In this document: positions 9,190-15,581 of the stretch, one piece after another
Numbering within the stretch: the stretch's first letter is position 1
Layout of the letters: the number at the start of each line of letters is the position of its first letter
Source of the DNA: Clostridia bacterium
Lineage (GTDB): Bacteria; Bacillota; Clostridia; Christensenellales; CAG-138
Length of the DNA stretch: 64,000 nt
Direction of reading: 5' to 3'
Assembly: GCA_017619735.1 (NCBI GenBank)
Contig: JAFZRT010000012.1
Span: forward strand, 319 to 64,318
The notes under the pieces: generated by a model
Seen by the model: only the letters and a program-made list of their open reading frames with translations
Told to the model about the DNA's origin: nothing
Database searches by the model: none
Translations under genes and position numbers: made by a program

Positions 9190-9476
9190 CCTCTTTTCTC
9201 CTTTGCTTTTATAATATCATTATAATTGTTGCCACATATTGAGTGAACACACCGTTTATACTAAAAATAAAATTATTTTTATACCTGAGGTATAATTTAC
9301 GATCTTTGCAGCGGTATAAATTTCACTCGATAAGCAAAACACCGCAAAAAACGGAACCATATCTATGTTATCATATAAATAGTTTTTTCTACCATACTGA
9401 GCACGGTGTTTCTATACATTACAACAAGAATTGTCACCCCGTATGAGGTGGCAAAACTTCTGAGTACTGATTGGTT

Positions 9477-9583
9477 TGGCGGAGAAGCAGGGATTTACGA
9501 ACCCCGCGCTGCGAGGAGATGATTACATAAGGGCTAATTTACGCAGCGCTTAGAATTTGCTTTGCAAATTCGAGGGTTCAAAT
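9477..9583 (-). repeat. tRNA-linked structured element, copy A
   Basis: tRNA-Ser-like 3' end, ATTT[AC]GAACCC/GGGTTCAAAT outer stem, GCGCTGCG/CGCAGCGC stem and GAATTTGC/GCAAATTC hairpin; shares its scaffold with 12465-12572. Confidence 0.85.
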
Positions 9584-9596
9584 ATGTTATTCAAGA

Positions 9597-9631
9597 AAAT
9601 ACAGACTCCTGCGATGCAGGAGTCTGTATTT
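9597..9631 (-). terminator. Terminator after tRNA-Ser
   Basis: AAATACAGACTCCTGC-GAT-GCAGGAGTCTGTATTT perfect hairpin. Confidence 0.85.
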
Positions 9632-9632
9632 G

Positions 9633-9721
9633 TGGCGGAGCGGGTGGGATTCGAACCCACGGTAGGTTGCCCTACACCTGATTTCGAGTCAGGACCGTTA
9701 TGACCACTTCGATACCGCTCC
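9633..9721 (-). tRNA. tRNA-Ser(CGA)
   Basis: GGAGCGG/CCGCTCC acceptor stem, CCTGA-CTCGAAA-TCAGG anticodon arm, long variable arm, GGTTCGAATCC, CCA. Confidence 0.95.
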
Positions 9722-9863
9722 ACGGTATTTTTGCCTCTCCAAGCCTCCGGAAAAAGGAGAGAATTGGAGGAGAGAACAAACGAGAATATTCAGTTTTCAA
9801 GCCTCAAAAAGCCTAATAAACATAAGGACTTTTTGAGCGGAGCGTTCCAATTGGCTTGAACGT

Positions 9864-9903
9864 TTTCGAGTCAGGACCGTTATGACCGCTTCGATACCGC
9901 TCC
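9864..9903 (-). pseudogene. 5' half of tRNA-Ser(CGA), broken at the anticodon loop
   Basis: 40-bp direct repeat of 9682-9721 with one mismatch. Confidence 0.9.
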
Positions 9904-9918
9904 GTTTGTTACCGATGT

Positions 9919-9947
9919 ATTATACAGCATAGGTCACGGGATTTCAA
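9919..9947 (-). promoter_or_regulatory. sigmaA promoter upstream of the tRNA-Ser 5' half
   Basis: TTGAAA-17 bp-TATAAT on the minus strand. Confidence 0.75.
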
Positions 9948-10000
9948 CTTGATTTCGAAGATATATATCGCCTTCCCGCGTCGGATCCCTTTCGGCAGGA

Positions 10001-10345
10001 TCACTTTTTGCTCTCCTCGAGTATCACGTCGAAGGCTTCGCGCATGGACTTTGTCGCGATCAGGCTGCCGAAGCTGTATTCAAAACCGTTGTATTTGAAC
10101 ACGAGCGTCTTGATAATGAAGCCCTTAAAGCGAAGGCCCTCGGTCTGCGAAAGAGGGATGCGATACAGTACACGGCCGGGCTGGCTTTTGGCGTCGACGT
10201 CCCTTATCGTGAGTTCCCCGCCGTTGACCGCAAGCAGCACCATGCCCCACGTTCCGTTTGGAAGCATGGCGGCATTTCCGCAAAACGCGGCTCCGCGCTC
10301 GTCGCAATAACCGCCCTCAACATATTTCATCTGAGATTTATCCAT
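10001..10345 (-). CDS. Hypothetical protein (114 aa, beta-rich)
   Basis: GGAGG RBS 5 nt before ATG; coding-like composition. Confidence 0.65.
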   Translation of the reverse strand: MDKSQMKYVEGGYCDERGAAFCGNAAMLPNGTWGMVLLAVNGGELTIRDVDAKSQPGRVLYRIPLSQTEGLRFKGFIIKTLVFKYNGFEYSFGSLIATKSMREAFDVILEESKK

Positions 10346-10436
10346 AGCCGCCTCCCGAAATGGTTTTGTCAATTGTATCATAAAGCCGTAACAGTGTCAA
10401 TTGCGGCGGCTAGAGGGTGTGTTGCGGCGTAATTTT

Positions 10437-10504
10437 GAGCGGCGAGATTTACGAACTCCCGCTTCGCATTTTCTTGTGCGTGGTCCGGCTTTTTTGCGCG
10501 AAGC
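10437..10504 (-). repeat. tRNA-linked structured element, partial copy C
   Basis: tRNA-Pro 3' fragment with the same AC insertion, then a GCTTCGC/GCGAAGC stem with 30-nt loop. Confidence 0.65.
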
Positions 10505-10598
10505 TATACAGATACTTTTGGACGACAGAAAAAAGTGTCGTGGAAAGTATCTCCGTCGATACCTTCTACGACATTAAACTCGTTTTTGTTGTCGGGAT

Positions 10599-10793
10599 TC
10601 AGATAAGGTCGAGCATCAATCCCTCGCCCACGTATTGCGGACTGTATTTCAGTCCGAAATACCTTCGCCATTCCTTCTCGCTCACTTGCTTCAATCTCTC
10701 GCTCGCCAGAGTGGAAGTCGGAAACGTCTCTTTCAGATAGCTCGTCACTTGTTCTTTGTACTCGTCTAAAGTCTTCGCTGTAAACTCGTCCAT
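10599..10793 (-). CDS. Small hypothetical protein (64 aa)
   Basis: AAGGAG RBS and TTGACA-17-TACAAT promoter at 10825-10853. Confidence 0.6.
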   Translation of the reverse strand: MDEFTAKTLDEYKEQVTSYLKETFPTSTLASERLKQVSEKEWRRYFGLKYSPQYVGEGLMLDLI

Positions 10794-10857
10794 TCTTCTG
10801 CGCTCCTTCCTTCGCGTTTTCTACATTGTAAGCCGCCTTGTTTTTGGTGTCAAGGCC

Positions 10858-11345
10858 CTATTTTTCGGCGTCGTCCTTGCGCCATGCGACGCGCTCGCCT
10901 TTGAGCCGCTGGTCCTCAACTTCGCTCCTATACTCCTCCATTTCCCTCGTAGCGTGAGCCGCTTCAGCCGCCTTGGCGCGGGCTTACATGTCTTCCATTT
11001 CGGAGTAGCCGCAGTCAGAATGTTCTTTGAGGTAGACTTGGCTCATTGCGCTGTACGCCTTCTCAATGGTGCGCTGGAGCTTGTATATCTTGCCGCTTAC
11101 GGAGGGCTCTCGGGACAGCACTTTCGCCATGCGGCTCACCGTGTCGCGCAACTGGTTTACGAGGCGGGCACGTGCCTTCTGGTTCTTCGGGTTACTGTCG
11201 CGGATGATGCGGTCGAGGAAGGTGTCATCGACCAGCACTTTCTCGACGAGGTGCGCGGCAAGCTCGCTCTCGTACATTGCCCGAGCGTCTTCCACGGTCT
11301 TGTAGCGGTCGTTCGTCTCAAAGACGCGAACGCCATCCTCGCCTA
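10858..11345 (-). pseudogene. Hypothetical gene with in-frame TAA and truncated 5' end
   Basis: ORF 10984-11295 continues in frame past the TAA for 41 codons to TAG at 10858; no proper start. Confidence 0.5.
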
Positions 11346-11555
11346 TTGTCCGACGACCCGAAGATATCCGCTATCTCCGATTTGGGAAGCCCCATGCTCG
11401 TGGGCGCTCTCCCCGTGACAGGCGGGAGCGACGGCGAGGGCAATCTCACGGGCATCACAGACGAGGACGCGGCCTACATCCGCAAACGCATAGTCCACAT
11501 GGGCACCCGTCGCCATCCCGAGGGCTGGCAGATGCTCACGCAAGTTGCCTATTGA
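11340..11555 (+). pseudogene. DUF3846-like C-terminal fragment (phage/IME associated)
   Basis: PKISAISDLGSPMLVG..DGEGNLTGITDED resembles this family; N-terminus absent. Confidence 0.45.
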
Positions 11556-11601
11556 CAACGTGCCGTCCCACGTGATAACATCCGAGACGGAGGTGAGCAC
11601 C

Positions 11602-11778
11602 ATGTCATATAATGCGGAATACAATGCACGCTATAAACGTGAGAAGTACGACCAAATCATGCTACGCGTCCCGAAGGGTATGCGGGAGAAAATCGCAAAG
11701 CGGGCCGCCGAGCTCGGGATGAGCGTCCAGCGGTATCTGATAGAGCTTTTCCTTGCTGATGCGAAGGGAGCCGAATGA
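11602..11778 (+). CDS. Arc/ribbon-helix-helix DNA-binding protein
   Basis: KYDQIMLRVPKGMREKIAKRAAELGMSVQRYL; GGAGGTG RBS; TTGACA-17-GATAAC promoter. Confidence 0.8.
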   Translation: MSYNAEYNARYKREKYDQIMLRVPKGMREKIAKRAAELGMSVQRYLIELFLADAKGAE

Positions 11779-11784
11779 CAAAAG

Positions 11785-11816
11785 AAAAGGGCGGGCTTAA
11801 CGGCCCGCCTTTTTTT
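11785..11816 (+). terminator. Terminator
   Basis: GGCGGGC/GCCCGCC hairpin plus T7. Confidence 0.8.
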
Positions 11817-11904
11817 GTGCTTCTTTGAACGCGGCTATTGCCTTTCGGTGCAGTTTACGCTCGTAATCCTCCGAGAAATGGAGCGTCTCCGCGCGCTCTC
11901 TCGG

Positions 11905-12377
11905 GGATAGGGTTGCAATGGCAGGACGTGGACATTGCGCATGACGTGATACGCGTAACGCGCGACTATGCCTGGAAGACCAACAGCGTCGATACGCTCA
12001 AGACGGCCAACGCGAGGCGGGATATCCCCATCGTGCCCGAGCTCAAAGCGATATTGCTGGAGCATCGTGGGACAGGCAATGCGTATGTGGTGAGCTCGCC
12101 CACAGACCCGAGCAAGCCGATGTGCGAAGCCACGTTCAAGCGCAGATGGAAGTCCATACAGGCGCTCGTCGGGGATGATGTGACTACGCGCACGTTCCGC
12201 AACAATTTTGCGACTGTGCTGTACGACGCAGGCGTGGACGTGTTGACGGCCTCGAAGGTGATGGGACACGCCGACCCGACCACGACCCTAAAGATTTATA
12301 CCGATCTCGACCGAAGCCGCAAGGTTCAAAGAGGATATGAAGCGGTAAGAAATGCGTTCGATTCAAGTGAAAAGTAG
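11905..12377 (+). pseudogene. Tyrosine integrase, C-terminal half
   Basis: GLQWQDVD, KTANARRDIP, RTFR, MGH..IY; the first catalytic Arg box and N-terminal domains are missing. Confidence 0.85.
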
Positions 12378-12390
12378 GCGAAAAGTAGGC
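12369..12390 (+). repeat. Tandem 11-bp GAAAAGTAGGC x2, putative arm-binding sites
   Basis: Exact tandem repeat between the int stop and the att site. Confidence 0.6.
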
Positions 12391-12464
12391 GAGATGTTTC
12401 ACGAAAAGCTAAAAAGCAAAAAGAAAAAGTCTTGATTTTATTAATGAAATCAAGACTTTTTTGT

Positions 12465-12572
12465 TGGTCGGAGCGGCGAGATTTACGAACTCCGCGCTGC
12501 GATCTGCTCCCTTCGGCTCTGTCTGCGTGCCGCAGCGCCGGAATTTGCCCTTGGCAAATTCGGAGTTCAAAT
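12465..12572 (-). repeat. tRNA-linked structured element, copy B
   Basis: tRNA-Pro 3' duplicate with AC insertion; same three stems as copy A. Confidence 0.85.
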
Positions 12573-12588
12573 AACGAGCTACGGAGGC

Positions 12589-12627
12589 CACAACAAAAGG
12601 GAGTGCTTTGCACTCCCTTTTGTTGTG
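12589..12627 (-). terminator. Terminator after tRNA-Pro
   Basis: CACAACAAAAGGGAGTGC-TTT-GCACTCCCTTTTGTTGTG hairpin. Confidence 0.8.
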
Positions 12628-12702
12628 GTCGGAGCGGCGAGATTTGAACTCGCGACCTCCTGGTCCCGAACCAGGCGCGCTACCGAGCTGCGCTACACCC
12701 CG
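12626..12702 (-). tRNA. tRNA-Pro(CGG)
   Basis: CCTGG-TTCGGGA-CCAGG anticodon arm, GAGTTCAAATCTC T arm, CCA. Confidence 0.95.
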
Positions 12703-12830
12703 TTATTCAATATTATCGGCAAATGCGGAAAGCTCACACCGCCCGCATTCGCCCTCCTCGGAAACCCGGCCTTCGCAAAAAACGCGGCGCGGCTGTCTTT
12801 TTGCGGGCTTCGAGTCCCGTGATTAAAGCC

Positions 12831-12864
12831 AATTCATACCGGCCCGGATGGGCCGGTATGAATT
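12831..12864 (-). terminator. Hairpin/terminator after tRNA-Thr
   Basis: AATTCATACCGGCCC-GGAT-GGGCCGGTATGAATT. Confidence 0.7.
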
Positions 12865-12939
12865 GGAGCCAATGCAGGGACTCGAACCCTGGACCTGCGC
12901 ATTACGAATGCGCTGCTCTACCAACTGAGCTACATTGGC
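12864..12939 (-). tRNA. tRNA-Thr(CGT)
   Basis: GCCAATG/CATTGGC acceptor stem, GCGCA-TTCGTAA-TGCGC anticodon arm, CCA; GTGACA-17-TATAAT promoter at 12954-12982. Confidence 0.95.
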
Positions 12940-13116
12940 TTGCACAGTTATTTATTATAACAGATTCTGCGGCGCTTGTCACTACCCGATATCGAAAAAT
13001 AGGCCCGACGGCGCAAATATATTTTGCCCCCGGGCGGATGGACTTCATATCAAAAACTGCAGGGCGACCTAAATAAACCGGTCGCCCTGTGTATGCTTGC
13101 TTGTCGTTTCGTTTTG

Positions 13117-13488
13117 TCAGTCGACCATCTCGATAGGCGCTTCGGGAGCGTTCCTCTTGACGGAATCGATGCCGTTGAGGCAGCTCTTCATGGCCTTGTA
13201 GCCCTCGGATACCGCGACGATCTGGCCGTTCCTGGCCTTCAGACGGAAGCGGATCTCGCCTGCCTTATCGGTGTAGACCTCGAACTTGGGGTTCTTCTTG
13301 ACCTCGTAGCCCTCCACGGTCTGATCCTCGATGGGAGCGATGACGGAGTTCCTCATAACGCTTGCGATGCCCTTGCGGCAGGACGCCTCGGCCTTGTAGA
13401 CCTCGGAAGTGGCAATGACCTCGCCGTTGGTGGCCTTAAGATCGAACTTGATGCCGGTCTTGGTCTTCTTGATTAAAAACTTACCCAT
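13117..13488 (-). CDS. YegP/DUF1508 family protein
   Basis: Two repeats of F.LKA.NG.(V/I)..SE.Y....C..GI.SV..N. Confidence 0.88.
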   Translation of the reverse strand: MGKFLIKKTKTGIKFDLKATNGEVIATSEVYKAEASCRKGIASVMRNSVIAPIEDQTVEGYEVKKNPKFEVYTDKAGEIRFRLKARNGQIVAVSEGYKAMKSCLNGIDSVKRNAPEAPIEMVD

Positions 13489-13655
13489 AACAAAGTCCTC
13501 CTGTTAAGTGGTTCGTACTTAATATACAACATTATTCTCCCGTTTTCAAGTGCTCATTGTCATTTTTGCAAAAAAACTTGCGTGCGCGCGCCGTCTTGAC
13601 CGGACGATTTCCTTATGATATCATTACATATATTCCATTTCGGAGGTGTATCGAG

Positions 13656-14618
13656 ATGCTGATCTTGGCAATCAGTCCGTTTTTTAATTGGCTAATGGAC
13701 ATTTTGAGGGCCATCGCCGCCGTCAGGACGCCGCTTTGGGACGGCATTATGAACGCGATATCCATGCTCGGTCAGGAGACGGCGTTCATCGTTATAGGTA
13801 TGATAGTGCTCTGGTGCGTCGACAAGAAGTTCGGTTACCGCTTCCTGTTCATGTACATTGCCGGAGCGGCCGTCAACCAGTTCCTGAAGGCGATATTCAT
13901 GATCCCCCGCCCCTGGGTGCTGGATCCCGATTTCAAGATCGTCGAGGCCGCAAGGGCCGACGCCACCGGCTATTCCTTCCCCTCCGGACACACGCAGTCG
14001 GCCGTGCTCATGTACGGCGGCATTGCGCAGCGCATTAAGAAGGGCTGGGCGTACGCCGCAGCCGCGGTGCTGGCGCTGCTCGTAGCTTTTTCCCGCATGT
14101 ATCTTGGCGTGCACACTCTGCTCGACGTGGGCGTCTCCCTCGTTACGGGCCTGCTCATAATCATTCTCTGCAGCGCGCTGTTCGATCGGATCGGAGACGG
14201 CTTGAAGCCCTACGCCATAGCGTCCGGCATAGTCGCCGCGGTATCGCTCGGGCTCATCGTGTTCATTATGACCTACTGCAGGGCGAAGGGCGGCCCCGAC
14301 GCGACGCAGGTAAAGGACGCGTGCGTGCTCTTCGGCACCGCGTTCGGCCTCTTCGCGGGCAGCTGTATAGAAAAGCGCTTCGTGAACTTCAGCGTCTCCG
14401 CCCGCTGGTGGGTGCAGATAATAAAGGTCGTGCTCGGCATCGCAGTTATACTCGGCCTCAGGATCGGCCTGAAGCCCCTGCTCGGCGCCGTCTCCTCCTC
14501 CCCGCTCATGGACTGCGTCAGGTATTTCATAATGAGCTTCGTCGCGATAGCCGTGTATCCCCTGCTGTTCAAGCCCCTGTCGAAGCTGGGACGTAAGAAG
14601 GAAGCGGCTGAAGCATGA
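13656..14618 (+). CDS. PAP2-family membrane phosphatase
   Basis: K..F.IPRP, SFPSGH, SRMYLGVH motifs. Confidence 0.9.
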   Translation: MLILAISPFFNWLMDILRAIAAVRTPLWDGIMNAISMLGQETAFIVIGMIVLWCVDKKFGYRFLFMYIAGAAVNQFLKAIFMIPRPWVLDPDFKIVEAARADATGYSFPSGHTQSAVLMYGGIAQRIKKGWAYAAAAVLALLVAFSRMYLGVHTLLDVGVSLVTGLLIIILCSALFDRIGDGLKPYAIASGIVAAVSLGLIVFIMTYCRAKGGPDATQVKDACVLFGTAFGLFAGSCIEKRFVNFSVSARWWVQIIKVVLGIAVILGLRIGLKPLLGAVSSSPLMDCVRYFIMSFVAIAVYPLLFKPLSKLGRKKEAAEA

Positions 14619-15535
14619 AGTGCTGGCTCATAAACGAAAAGCTCACCCCCTGCGGTAAGGAGCAGCTGTCAAGCGGCGGCGCGCAGTACGCGGCCGTGCT
14701 CTCGACCGAGGAGTGGCGTAGCGAAAGGGATCATTTCGGCATGGTGATCGACATGGAGTCTGAGCTGTTCGACCGCCGCGAGACGAAGGCGATAGTCGGC
14801 CTCGACTCACTGACGGGCAGCTTCCTCATTCCCGACAGGCAGGATATCTCCGGCAAGGAGCACGCGTTCTCCTTCGCGCTCGATGAAAAGGGCATCGTCA
14901 TTATCGACGACGAGGGTTACGCCGAAAAGCTCGTCGAGGATATCGGCCGCACCAAGAAATGGCGTCTGCCGAGCCTCGAACGCTTTATCTACGACCTTCT
15001 GGAATCGACCATTTCGCAGGATCTGTACCTGCTCAATTCCGTGGAAAAGCGCCTCGACGCCGCCGAGAAGCAGATACTTGCCGGCGAATACGAGGAGTTC
15101 CCCGCGGAGCTCAACGACATAAGGGGCGATCTTTTGGATCTGCGCCTGCATTACGAGCAGCTGCTCGATCTGGGGCAGGAGCTCGAGGAGAACGAAAACG
15201 AGTTCTTCAAGGAGGAAAACCTCCGCTACTTCCGCCTTTTCACCGACCGCGTGTCCCGCATGAAGGACAGCGTCACGGGCCTGCGCGATTACGTAGCGCA
15301 GCTGAGGGAGCTCGTCCAGTCTCAGCTGACCGTCAAGCAGAACAAGATAATGACCATACTCACGGTCGTGACGTCGATATTCCTGCCGCTGACGCTGATA
15401 GCCGGCTGGTACGGCATGAACTTCAAATACATGCCCGAGTTCGACAAGCCCTACGCCTACCCCATCGTGATAGGCGTCTGCGCCGCGATAGTGGTCGGCT
15501 GCCTCATCTGGTTCAAAAAGAAAAAATGGATGTGA
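14615..15535 (+). CDS. corA: CorA-family Mg/Co transporter
   Basis: PLTLIAGWYGMNF signature, two C-terminal TM helices. Confidence 0.9.
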   Translation: MKCWLINEKLTPCGKEQLSSGGAQYAAVLSTEEWRSERDHFGMVIDMESELFDRRETKAIVGLDSLTGSFLIPDRQDISGKEHAFSFALDEKGIVIIDDEGYAEKLVEDIGRTKKWRLPSLERFIYDLLESTISQDLYLLNSVEKRLDAAEKQILAGEYEEFPAELNDIRGDLLDLRLHYEQLLDLGQELEENENEFFKEENLRYFRLFTDRVSRMKDSVTGLRDYVAQLRELVQSQLTVKQNKIMTILTVVTSIFLPLTLIAGWYGMNFKYMPEFDKPYAYPIVIGVCAAIVVGCLIWFKKKKWM

Positions 15536-15543
15536 AAGGCATA

Positions 15544-15572
15544 AAAAAAGCTGTGCGGCGCACAGCTTTTTT
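15544..15572. terminator. Bidirectional terminator
   Basis: A6-GCTGTGC/GCACAGC-T6 between convergent genes. Confidence 0.8.
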
Positions 15573-15581
15573 GTTATTTCA

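Larger units (their letters stand above)
10437..12493. mobile_element. Degenerate ~2-kb integrative element at tRNA-Pro-derived att sites
   Basis: 23-bp direct repeat GAGCGGCGAGATTTACGAACTCC at 10437-10459 and 12471-12493; contains a truncated integrase, an RHH gene and phage-like fragments. Confidence 0.8.

Noticed and set aside
9722-9863. Intron in tRNA-Ser
   Set aside because: The downstream tRNA is complete and repeats the 5' half; the spacer is too short and lacks group I core motifs.
11343-11624. 93-aa minus-strand ORF
   Set aside because: Antisense to the DUF3846-like fragment and the RHH promoter; no coding signals.
9477-12572. Conserved flanks with ~29-nt variable loops read as a CRISPR array
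   Set aside because: Copies are kilobases apart, the flanks are inverted rather than direct repeats, and there are no cas genes in the window.
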